Below are positions 49,098 to 57,178 of a DNA stretch of 59,613 bases, in pieces (position 1 is the first letter of the stretch; every line of letters starts with the position of its first letter). A program made the position numbers and the translations under genes. Source of the DNA: a virus. Lineage: Duplodnaviria > Caudoviricetes. The DNA lies in the IMG/VR virus record IMGVR_UViG_3300031578_000031, positions 1-59,613 of that record. One strand, 5' to 3'. A model generated the notes under the pieces. The model had not been told where the DNA came from. It made no database searches and saw nothing but the letters and a program-made list of their open reading frames with translations.

Positions 49098-49568
49098 ATG
49101 ATAATAGGATTCACAAAAAAACTTAACAGTGGACATCTAAAAGGATGGACTACTGATTTTGAGAAGAAGATTCTCAATGGGACTAAGCGGCATACTATTC
49201 GCAAAGCCGGCAAGCGTAACTTCCGTGAAGGAATGATGCTTCAACTTTCACACGGAGTACGTACAAAGCATTACTACTGTTTTCTCGAAACAGAATGTAG
49301 CCAAGTTCAAACAATTGTATTTAAAAGCTGGAATGCCATCCATCCGGAACTGGCTAAATGGGGAGCTTCGTATTACGAATACGATAGCGGATTCATAACA
49401 ATTGAATTAGATTACAAAAAATATTTAACACTTCCTGAGATGGAATCCTTAGCTATCAATGATGGCTTTGATAACCTTGAAGATTTTTTCAAATGGTTCG
49501 ATGTAAAGAAGGGGGAGCATTTCATTGGCGAACTAATACATTGGAAGCATGAGCAGCACAACACGTAA
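49098..49568 (+). CDS. ASCH/PUA-like domain protein
   Basis: FEKKILNGTKRHTIRK...GMMLQL..GVRTK...LAINDGF...FFKWF. Confidence 0.75.
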   Translation: MIIGFTKKLNSGHLKGWTTDFEKKILNGTKRHTIRKAGKRNFREGMMLQLSHGVRTKHYYCFLETECSQVQTIVFKSWNAIHPELAKWGASYYEYDSGFITIELDYKKYLTLPEMESLAINDGFDNLEDFFKWFDVKKGEHFIGELIHWKHEQHNT

Positions 49569-49806
49569 AGAAATTATGGCTTGGTTCCTAATAGATGGCA
49601 ATGAAACCATCACCACAGCACAAGCCAATACCCTATCTGCCGGGAATTACTTTTACAATGGCAGGAAGCACGTACAAGAATCTCTTAGCCGACTTGTAAA
49701 GTCAGGAGATCTTGTGAGGGTAGCAAGGGGGGTGTATAGAAAAGGTACTGGAAACGGAAGCAAGTATGAACCTCCTCCGGACAATCAACTAAATCTATTC
49801 GATTAA
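49549..49806 (+). CDS. Small winged-helix protein
   Basis: ITTAQA...LSRLVKSGDLVRVARGVY resembles an AbiEi N-terminal wHTH. C-terminal QLNLFD resembles a beta-clamp-binding motif. Confidence 0.6.
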   Translation: MSSTTRKEIMAWFLIDGNETITTAQANTLSAGNYFYNGRKHVQESLSRLVKSGDLVRVARGVYRKGTGNGSKYEPPPDNQLNLFD

Positions 49807-49830
49807 AACATACTTTACTCTATATTATCG

Positions 49831-49925
49831 GGTCGCAGCAATAACATAGAGTCCTTATATTTTTTTTAACAAAGCCCTTGGCATTGATAGAGACTGCGAC
49901 CTCTTGATTTGTACAGGGGCTTTTT
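49831..49925 (+). promoter_or_regulatory. Structured leader (terminator with a loop complementary to upstream RNA) before the replication initiator
   Basis: AAAGCCCTTG(49871-49880)/CAGGGGCTTT(49914-49923) stem plus T run. Loop CTGCGACC(49894-49901) is complementary to GGTCGCAG(49831-49838). Confidence 0.55.
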
Positions 49926-49943
49926 ATATAAAAAAGGCTCGAT

Positions 49944-50972
49944 ATGATCATAAAAGTAAAACACAGAGAATCCCCATACGTCACTATTGATAAGGGGCCT
50001 ATCAACCGAAAAGAACTATCTTACAGAGCGAAGGGAATACTCGCTTACCTCCTATCCAAGCCGGAAGATTGGCAGGTGAAGGAGCAAGATATAGTAAATC
50101 ATGGTACAGAAGGGCGAGATGCTATCCGTACAGCGATAAAAGAGCTTATTGCTTGCGGATATATGGTCAAGGAGCAAGGAAGGTCTGAGAAGGGCCTTTT
50201 TGACGAAGTTGACTATTTAGTATCAGACCATCCGTTTACTGGAAATCCGTCGACGGATAATCCGTCGACGGATAATCCACTGCATACTAATATAGAGTGT
50301 ACTAATAAAGAATTAAATAAAGAAAAGGAAATATCGGAAAATCTCACAGAATCCGATCAACTAAAATCCCAACTCGCTAAATGCTATTACCCTCGATTGA
50401 ATTACTTCGATATGAGTGACGCAAAAGAGAAATTGGAGCTTTTCTTAACTGAGCCTGAAAATGTAAAGTATTGCAGAGATATGGCTAAAAGCAAAAAAGA
50501 TGATGCTGCCATAGTTGCTTATGTCAACACCTTTGTTGCTTTATCCTACGATACAAAGTACATAAAGCACATACAAAGCTTTCCTCAATTGCTAAATCGC
50601 TTCATTGAGTGGTTAAGCAGAGACCGGCCAAAGACTACCTCGGCACCTGAAGCTAAATTAGAGGATAGACGTATTGCATTTGTTTCTGCCTTAGAAAACT
50701 CAAAGGTAGATCAGGAGCTTATTGATAAATTCAATACCCTTGACCTTGATGATTTTGCTAAAAGCTTATTGTTGAGAATAGAGAAATCGAAAATCCTATC
50801 TAAGATGGGTAAATTAGAGCTGGATGATATTATCCGTCTCGGATTCAAATACGGGATGTTTTATACCCGAAAGAATTGGCTATATGAGCTACTGACCAAG
50901 ATTGAGAGTGAGGCTTGGCTTCAGAATTACAATAAATTATTTGATGCAATTGAAAAAGCAAACAAACAATGA
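49944..50972 (+). CDS. Phage replication initiator (N-terminal HTH, lambda O/DnaD-like organisation)
   Basis: ELSYRAKGILAYLLSKPEDWQV...GRDAIRTAIKELIACGY. Internal repeats. Directly upstream of dnaB. Confidence 0.85.
   Translation: MIIKVKHRESPYVTIDKGPINRKELSYRAKGILAYLLSKPEDWQVKEQDIVNHGTEGRDAIRTAIKELIACGYMVKEQGRSEKGLFDEVDYLVSDHPFTGNPSTDNPSTDNPLHTNIECTNKELNKEKEISENLTESDQLKSQLAKCYYPRLNYFDMSDAKEKLELFLTEPENVKYCRDMAKSKKDDAAIVAYVNTFVALSYDTKYIKHIQSFPQLLNRFIEWLSRDRPKTTSAPEAKLEDRRIAFVSALENSKVDQELIDKFNTLDLDDFAKSLLLRIEKSKILSKMGKLELDDIIRLGFKYGMFYTRKNWLYELLTKIESEAWLQNYNKLFDAIEKANKQ
50230..50330. repeat. Putative replication origin: tandem palindromic iterons plus AT-rich tract
   Basis: AATCCGTCGACGGAT twice (50244-50273), each containing the perfect palindrome ATCCGTCGACGGAT, with degenerate flanking copies and an A-rich run after. 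Confidence 0.7.
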
Positions 50973-52591
50973 GTATTAACCACAGAGAGATATTAGACCT
51001 CGTAAATGAGGTTATGGCTTGGAATAAGTCACTGGGCATGAAAGAGTCCTTGGCCATGCAAGATGTGTTGAATAAGGGGATAAAGGCCATCATCCGCAAG
51101 GGGACAATCGGGAAAGAAGCTTTATCGGAGTTCCTTTTCCAAAAAAAACCTCCACATAACCTTGAAACTGAAGGTTCTCTTATCGGCAAGGTGTTACTAT
51201 TTCCTGGAAAGACAATGCCATCATGCAACATCATTACCACTGATTTTTTCTACGACTTGAGGCATAGCTTGATATGGGAAACCATTCGTTACTTGTGGGA
51301 CGGCCAAAAAAAGGTTACAATGGATTCCGTTGTAACACACCTTACAAGCATGGGTAAGTTAGATGCTACATTATCCAAAACTTATATCGAAGCATTGGCC
51401 AAGGACCAATCAACGGTAGCAGACTTTGAAGATAGAGTAGCGGAACTGACATCATTCTATCAGCTCAGAGGGATATGGAGAGTTGCAGCCGAAGCTGTAC
51501 AAAACTCTTACTCTATCCTACCGGAAGAAGCGGAAGCGTTTCGACACAAAGTGATAGAGCAGATTACTGAGTTCGGCCAATCTCAGGTTAAAAAGTATGA
51601 TGATGGGGCCTCCCTTGCTGTAAAGCTACGGGCCTTGAAAGACAAAAAGGAATTAGCCCTTGCAATGGGGGGCTATTCAGGGAGTCATTCTCCGGTATTG
51701 GAATTGGATGCTATTACGGATGGATGGCAAGATACGGATGTGATTGTAATTGCAGGTAGGCCGGGCATGGGTAAAACTGCCCTCGCCATATCGGATGTAG
51801 CTATTGCTTTAAAAAACAATGAGCCGGTACTATTCTTTTCCCTCGAAATGTCTGCGGTACAATTAGCTGCCAGGTTATTCTCAGTAATGGAAGGATATAG
51901 TCTGAAAGACTTATTTGCAAAAGCTCCTCAGCAAATGAGTCCAACGGAAGCTGAGGTTGAGCAATTCAAAAATCTAAAAAGTTTAGCTCAAGCAGCCTAC
52001 GATAAGTTTGAGCTAAAATTGGCAACTATGCCAATCTTTATAGACGATACCCCAGGCGTAAATTGGAGATACATCCAAGACAAGGCCATGTACTTCAAAC
52101 AGAAGTACGGCATTCGCCGAATCTATGTCGATTATCTTCAGCTAATGTCAGGTATTGACCCTCGTGTTACTAATTCCGAACAGGTGATAAGTGAAAATAG
52201 TAGAGGGCTAAAGATTGTGGCTAAGACTTGTGGTTGCCCATTGTTTGAGCTATCCCAACTATCTCGTTCTTGTGAGAATAGACCGGATAAAAGGCCAAAT
52301 CTATCCGATTTGAGGTCGTCCGGAGCTATCGAGCAAGATGCAGACATCGTAATATTTACTTATCGAGATGAATATTACGGAATCTTGGCAGGGGATAATG
52401 GTGAGTCCCTTGAAGGAGTGGGTGAGTTGATTATTGCAAAGCATCGAAATGGGCCACTTGGAACAGTCAAGGCGTTTTTCAATGCGCCATACACCAAATG
52501 GAATAACCTTCACTCTATGCCGGCAGGATATACTTCCGGATTGAAGCCAAAAGAGGAAGATCCTGATTTTAATGTAAATATGCCTTTCTAA
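50969..52591 (+). CDS. dnaB: Replicative DNA helicase DnaB
   Basis: PPHNLETE, IAGRPGMGKT, FFSLEMS, VDYLQLM, LSQLSR, DLRSSGAIEQDAD, IIAKHRNGP. Confidence 0.97.
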   Translation: MSINHREILDLVNEVMAWNKSLGMKESLAMQDVLNKGIKAIIRKGTIGKEALSEFLFQKKPPHNLETEGSLIGKVLLFPGKTMPSCNIITTDFFYDLRHSLIWETIRYLWDGQKKVTMDSVVTHLTSMGKLDATLSKTYIEALAKDQSTVADFEDRVAELTSFYQLRGIWRVAAEAVQNSYSILPEEAEAFRHKVIEQITEFGQSQVKKYDDGASLAVKLRALKDKKELALAMGGYSGSHSPVLELDAITDGWQDTDVIVIAGRPGMGKTALAISDVAIALKNNEPVLFFSLEMSAVQLAARLFSVMEGYSLKDLFAKAPQQMSPTEAEVEQFKNLKSLAQAAYDKFELKLATMPIFIDDTPGVNWRYIQDKAMYFKQKYGIRRIYVDYLQLMSGIDPRVTNSEQVISENSRGLKIVAKTCGCPLFELSQLSRSCENRPDKRPNLSDLRSSGAIEQDADIVIFTYRDEYYGILAGDNGESLEGVGELIIAKHRNGPLGTVKAFFNAPYTKWNNLHSMPAGYTSGLKPKEEDPDFNVNMPF

Positions 52592-52599
52592 CTTTCTAA

Positions 52600-52722
52600 A
52601 ACATAATAGTATAAGGTTTCGTTGCGACCTTGAAACAGCAACTAACTTAATTAAAAGACAGAAATTATGAGTAAAGAAAACAGTAACCAAAAAGGCAAAA
52701 GCAATGAACTTTATACAGTGTT
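52600..52722. repeat. attC-like imperfect inverted repeat 1
   Basis: AAC-AT-AAT-AGTATAAGGTTTCGTTGC ... GCAATGAACTTTATACA-GT-GTT; 123 bp from AAC to GTT. Confidence 0.6.
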
Positions 52723-52879
52723 ACCTACCGTTATTGACGATGTAGTTAAAAGACTATCACAAATACAGATTGACTTTATGAAAACAACAATGCAAGCAAA
52801 AGACTTTAATGAAATATCTGGACAAATTACTGACCTAAAAGAATACCTTATAAACTCTGATTCTTATAATGGTAGGTAA
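52667..52879 (+). CDS. Small cassette-like hypothetical protein
   Basis: 70 aa. Starts inside attC-like site 1 and stops at the TAAC of site 2. Confidence 0.6.
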   Translation: MSKENSNQKGKSNELYTVLPTVIDDVVKRLSQIQIDFMKTTMQAKDFNEISGQITDLKEYLINSDSYNGR

Positions 52880-53001
52880 CGTTTGATTATAAAAAATCGG
52901 TGGGGAATTTGAAGCACCCACCTATCAAATTGAAATAATGTTTAACCTAAGCAGATGGGCTAAAAATTGCACCTTAACCCCACTGTTTTTTATAATGTGT
53001 T
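52878..53001. repeat. attC-like imperfect inverted repeat 2
   Basis: AAC-GT-TTG-ATTATAAAAAA-T-CGGTGGGG ... CCCCACTG-TTTTTTATAAT-GT-GTT; 124 bp, with an unpaired T. Confidence 0.7.
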
Positions 53002-53018
53002 AGGGTGCGTTTTATTTT

Positions 53019-53240
53019 ATGATAGTAGAAATAACAAAAGACAGCAGTAAATACGGTGTTAGATTCCCATTAGTAGGTGAATTTTATAAAGCAAAGCCTT
53101 ATAGATATGATTCTGAAAAAGTAACCTTACTTTACAAGGTTGACTCAAAAACTCACGAAAAAAGCAAAGACCAATATTGGGATGAACCTATGTACAATGA
53201 ATACAGATACAATTTAAGGGTTGTTTCAAATGCCCTATAA
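53019..53240 (+). CDS. Small cassette-like hypothetical protein
   Basis: 73 aa. Starts 18 nt after the GTT of site 2 and stops in TAAC. Confidence 0.65.
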   Translation: MIVEITKDSSKYGVRFPLVGEFYKAKPYRYDSEKVTLLYKVDSKTHEKSKDQYWDEPMYNEYRYNLRVVSNAL

Positions 53241-53368
53241 CACATTTATAAACGCATTGCGCATATATATTTAATTAGGCTGTATATGCGTAATAAAACC
53301 CACAATAATGATAGAAGTAGTAAAAGCTTACCAATATCGGGCGGTGGAATGAATAAAAACAGAGCAAA

Positions 53369-53737
53369 ATGAAAAAATGTAGATATATCAAAGACCCAAT
53401 AGCAGGAAAAGTCTTAATACCGGAGTGCATGAGCGTTGTTATTTCAAATGACATAGATGATTGTATATGCCAAAAATCACCCGAAGTGCCAATAGATATG
53501 CCCAAGTCCCTAACGGCAGAGAATGGGGCTAAAGCATTGTTAATGGGTGAGTTTTTTGAAACAATTGAGGTATTAAATAAAGCCTATTGTGGTTGTGGAA
53601 AATGTGACCACTGCTATGATTTTCCGGAAGAACCGGAAATGATTACTCAGAAGGTGCCCGTTAGTTGGACCACTATAAAAGCGATTTACGCTAAAATTGT
53701 ATCACACTTTAACGACCAAAACAATGGCATACGATAA
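53369..53737 (+). CDS. Hypothetical Cys-rich protein
   Basis: CGCGKCDHC cluster; PVSWTTIKAIY. Confidence 0.65.
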   Translation: MKKCRYIKDPIAGKVLIPECMSVVISNDIDDCICQKSPEVPIDMPKSLTAENGAKALLMGEFFETIEVLNKAYCGCGKCDHCYDFPEEPEMITQKVPVSWTTIKAIYAKIVSHFNDQNNGIR

Positions 53738-54974
53738 AAAAGACTTTGAAAGAGTAGGAGACCTCGCTGACATCGTTCAGGAAATAGGCTCCCGAATAGA
53801 ATTAAAAAAAGTAGGTAGCAATTACCAAGGATGCTGCCCATTCCATAGCGAGAAAACACCATCCTTCACAGTATCCCCTACCAAGAAGATATGGAAGTGC
53901 TTTGGATGTGGAGAGTCCGGAGATGTAATCGCTTTTGTAGCAAAACATGAATCCATATCCCAAGTAGCGGCCATGCGTAAGTTGGCCGGTAGCTACGGGA
54001 TAGAAGTATCCTCAAACCACAAAGAGGAAGAAGGTGGTGCTACGGATAAACAGGAGGCATATACTGCACTAAAGATAGCTCAGATTGTATTTGAGTCTGC
54101 CCTACTACATAATGTGGCAGCCAAGCGGTATATCGTGTCAAGGGGCATCAGCAACATTGACATCGTAAAAACTTGGGGAATTGGATACGCTGCCTCAGAT
54201 TACCGTGTCGAAGCATCTGAGATAGGGATGAATCTATCAGGCTTGAAAAAAGATGGTAGGTGGTTCTTCCGGAACCGGATCATGTTTCCAATTGAAGACA
54301 TTTCAGGAAGAGTTATCGGATTTGGTGGACGTAGAGAGGAAGGTGGAAAGTCAAAGGCTAAATACATTAACAGCCAAGAAACTCCACTTTACAATAAGAG
54401 TAGTGTCCTATATGGCATCCGACAAGCATTGCCACATATCCGTAAAACAAAAACCGTCATCATCACTGAAGGCTACTTTGATGTTATTATGCTACATCAA
54501 GTGCCTGGACTCAACAAGGCAGTAGCTCCCTGCGGTACAGCACTAACAGTTAGTCAAGCTGCAATTCTCGCAAAGTATGCCAACACTGCTGTCATTATGT
54601 TCGATGGGGATGCTGCCGGACTAAAGGCTACGGCTAATGCCATTGAGTCACTTATTCAGGCAGGATTCAAGGACATTGAAATTACCTTATTCCCTGATGG
54701 ATGTGATGCTGCGGATATGGCAGTTGATTCAGGATTCGACCTGAGTACATTCATCGACAATGTAAAGCAGATCTCCGCAATTGATTTTCTACTGGATAAG
54801 ATAGTAGGGGATAGCGAAGAGAAGTGTAAGGTGTTACTTGACATAATTTCCAAATGCCCATCCCCTCTTCGTAGAGATGATTATATCCGCATTATTGCGG
54901 AGAATACTACATATTCCCAAAACTCTTTAACTGAGGAATTAAATATTATCCTCAAACGAAGGGCTTATTCATAA
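53724..54974 (+). CDS. dnaG: DNA primase DnaG
   Basis: CHC2 zinc finger CPFHSEKTPSF...CFGC, RIMFPI, KYINS, and TOPRIM motifs ITEGYFDV and FDGDAAG. ATG at 53724. Confidence 0.97.
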   Translation: MAYDKKDFERVGDLADIVQEIGSRIELKKVGSNYQGCCPFHSEKTPSFTVSPTKKIWKCFGCGESGDVIAFVAKHESISQVAAMRKLAGSYGIEVSSNHKEEEGGATDKQEAYTALKIAQIVFESALLHNVAAKRYIVSRGISNIDIVKTWGIGYAASDYRVEASEIGMNLSGLKKDGRWFFRNRIMFPIEDISGRVIGFGGRREEGGKSKAKYINSQETPLYNKSSVLYGIRQALPHIRKTKTVIITEGYFDVIMLHQVPGLNKAVAPCGTALTVSQAAILAKYANTAVIMFDGDAAGLKATANAIESLIQAGFKDIEITLFPDGCDAADMAVDSGFDLSTFIDNVKQISAIDFLLDKIVGDSEEKCKVLLDIISKCPSPLRRDDYIRIIAENTTYSQNSLTEELNIILKRRAYS

Positions 54975-55005
54975 AAAAAGCGACGATCCTTGGTAGAATC
55001 GTCAC
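54973..55005 (-). terminator. Minus-strand intrinsic terminator
   Basis: Minus strand reads GTGACGATTC-taccaa-GGATCGTCGC-TTTTTTT. The G:U pairs form only on the minus strand. Confidence 0.7.
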
Positions 55006-55032
55006 TCGAAAAGTAGTGCATAAGTAGGACTG

Positions 55033-55064
55033 CAAATCTAATTAAAAATAACATAAAAAATAAA
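55033..55064 (-). promoter_or_regulatory. Minus-strand Bacteroidota promoter
   Basis: Minus strand reads TTTA-N20-TAGATTTG (55033-55040). Confidence 0.5.
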
Positions 55065-55070
55065 TAATCA

Positions 55071-55691
55071 ATGAAAAATTTACTAATAGGCCTTAGAGCT
55101 TGCGATGAATCGTTAGAATGGGTTAAAGATTTAACAATAGAAGAAGCAGTTGAAAAATGTAATCAAGCAGATTGGATGCTTTGGTTAGCAAAGAGAGTGC
55201 AAGTTCACCCTAAAAAGACGGTATTAGCGGCTTCGTTATGTGCAAAACTCGGCACAAAATTTTTAGAAGATAAATGCCCCTCGATATTATTGGCCTTAGA
55301 TGTATTTATTAAATACGGGAGAGGCAGAGTAAGCAGAACTACGTTAGACCAAGCTGTTTTTACTGCGTATAATAAATATGAATATCTCCGTAAATGGAGA
55401 AGCAGTCAAAATGATGACCCGATAATTCTTGCAGCAGAAGCTATATTTGCTGTATCTAATATGATAATTAGTCCTACTGCATATATACCGTATAATGTTG
55501 ACGTAGAACTTGCTGCACTATCAACATATAGAGCTTTTTATAAGGATTCATTGAATAGTAATGGAAATTTAATCATAGCCGGAATGATAGCAGATAAAGT
55601 AAATATTGAAATGTCGAATATTTGCAGAGACATTATCGGAAGAGATATTGTGTCAAAAGTAAAAAAAAGATTATTGAAAAAAAAGTGTTAA
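55071..55691 (+). CDS. Hypothetical protein (phage ACxxxxEW...DWMLW type)
   Basis: LRACDESLEWV...ADWMLWLA N-terminal pattern. Confidence 0.7.
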   Translation: MKNLLIGLRACDESLEWVKDLTIEEAVEKCNQADWMLWLAKRVQVHPKKTVLAASLCAKLGTKFLEDKCPSILLALDVFIKYGRGRVSRTTLDQAVFTAYNKYEYLRKWRSSQNDDPIILAAEAIFAVSNMIISPTAYIPYNVDVELAALSTYRAFYKDSLNSNGNLIIAGMIADKVNIEMSNICRDIIGRDIVSKVKKRLLKKKC

Positions 55692-55695
55692 AATG

Positions 55696-55727
55696 TTTGT
55701 TAATACAAAACATTTTAAATACCTTTG
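55696..55727 (+). promoter_or_regulatory. Consensus Bacteroidota sigma-A promoter
   Basis: TTTG(55696-55699)-N20-TACCTTTG(55720-55727). Confidence 0.8.
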
Positions 55728-55769
55728 ATTTAAGGAAGCGATAATTTTAAAAACATTAATAATAATAGC

Positions 55770-56741
55770 ATGAGTAGTAAAGTAGGAAGTATCAAAAATG
55801 CATGGGAAACAACGAAATGGCTGTTCACACAGCTATTTTCATCGACTCCCGATCCATCGGTTAGTTCCGGTGTCAAGATGTTACAATGGGTGTCTAAGGG
55901 GCTACTTATTGTTGGAGCTTTATCTTCAGTGTCATACACTGCCCCTACCTTCTATAATATTTGGTCCGGCATTATGGCATTGTTCGTAGCTCAAATCGCT
56001 ACAATCATCTGCGTAGTTCTAATACTCTTCCTTATCGAACTATCCTTTGGAGCGTTGACTCCCTTTGCTCTTGACTTTACCTTTTCAGGCCAAGCCAGTC
56101 AAAATGATATGAGCAAGATTGGAGCAACCTTATTATGGATATTTGTAATATTCCTTGGAGGAGCCAGTGTTGTTTTTACTTACAATGGGGCAAGCACACC
56201 TGTCCATGCCTCAATAGTTGCACCGGAGATGATTGACATCTCCTCAGTTGAAGCTCAAAAGCAATTCGCTTTGAGCAAAGAGGAGCATCGCTATGATGCC
56301 TTGGTAGATAAATACCACAAAGAAGATAGTGCCGGAATAGCATCCCTTTCCCTTTATCATCACAACAATATCAAAAATATTGAGGCGTATGCCATCAAGA
56401 AGTATGGAGAGTATAGCCATCTTGTAGATGAATCAGTTTCCAAAGCAAGAAAGGACTCCACCATAAAAGTCCAAGATTACGAGTCCACAAAACTCAAAGC
56501 ACCTTACTACGTCCGTGAAAGAAATCAAGCGATCAATGATGCTCGGAAAACTTGGAATGGGCTTATCGAAGAGAAAAAAGCAGCGAACGAGAAGTTGGAG
56601 AAACTTCACAATTTCAAAGTTTCAGCAGCGATAATGCTTATTCAAAACTTCGGGGCAGGGTCAACGATTCTCTTCTTTATCCTACAAGTTATAATTTCAA
56701 CACTTCGAGTAGGTGAAACTTCGGTAAAAAAAAAGTGGTAA
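55770..56741 (+). CDS. Multi-pass membrane protein with coiled coil, ending in an A9G slippery site
   Basis: Three N-terminal TM helices, a coiled coil and a C-terminal TM helix. Ends GTA AAA AAA AAG TGG TAA. Confidence 0.8.
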   Translation: MSSKVGSIKNAWETTKWLFTQLFSSTPDPSVSSGVKMLQWVSKGLLIVGALSSVSYTAPTFYNIWSGIMALFVAQIATIICVVLILFLIELSFGALTPFALDFTFSGQASQNDMSKIGATLLWIFVIFLGGASVVFTYNGASTPVHASIVAPEMIDISSVEAQKQFALSKEEHRYDALVDKYHKEDSAGIASLSLYHHNNIKNIEAYAIKKYGEYSHLVDESVSKARKDSTIKVQDYESTKLKAPYYVRERNQAINDARKTWNGLIEEKKAANEKLEKLHNFKVSAAIMLIQNFGAGSTILFFILQVIISTLRVGETSVKKKW

Positions 56742-57178
56742 CTAATTCGAGTTTCAAGCCCACTCCTATCAGAGATAAGGCTGATACTAAGAAGCCTGAA
56801 ACCATTGAATTTCAGAACATTCCGTTCGACATTGAAACTGAAACTTACTCAGATACGGGAGAGGGGCTTGAAACTGAAACTCAAAGCATCGACCTTTTTT
56901 CTGAAACTGAAACTGTTCTCGGCGAGGATAATCTTGAAACTGAAACTTTTTGGATTGACGGATTCAGCACTCCTTTTAACTTGGCAGGTTTACGAAGAAA
57001 CGTACAGCAATATGCCAATAAGTTTCACCAAAATAACGGTAGGCCTGAAACCAATATTTCCAACGGAAAGAAGTTTTTCCTGAAATACATAAGCAGGGCA
57101 AAAATAAATGAGGTAAACGATTTGAAGCAAATGCTTCGTAAGAGTTACCCAATTTTTCTAAATGAAATACTAAAATGA
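56735..57178 (+). CDS. ETET-repeat protein, probably the -1 frameshift extension of the upstream gene
   Basis: No ATG near its 5' end. Begins exactly at the slippery site in the -1 frame. Confidence 0.65.
   Translation: MVTNSSFKPTPIRDKADTKKPETIEFQNIPFDIETETYSDTGEGLETETQSIDLFSETETVLGEDNLETETFWIDGFSTPFNLAGLRRNVQQYANKFHQNNGRPETNISNGKKFFLKYISRAKINEVNDLKQMLRKSYPIFLNEILK
56833..56947 (+). repeat. Phased direct repeats TGAAACTGAAACT x4
   Basis: Copies start at 56833, 56869, 56902 and 56935 (spacing 36, 33, 33). Confidence 0.9.

Noticed and set aside
52616-52636. TGCGACC loop complementary to GGTCGCA at 49831, as a trans-acting antisense RNA
   Set aside because: Only 7 nt, and embedded in the arm of attC-like site 1. 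Likely coincidence.
55661-55691. A8 runs at the end of ORF 55071-55691 as a frameshift site
   Set aside because: No extended ORF follows in the shifted frames; a promoter lies immediately downstream.
56831-56947. Possible mini-CRISPR array (ATTGAAAC-like repeat ends)
   Set aside because: Repeats are only 13 bp, spacers are 20-23 bp, all are in frame within an ORF, and there is no palindromic repeat or cas gene. Reported as a binding-site array instead.
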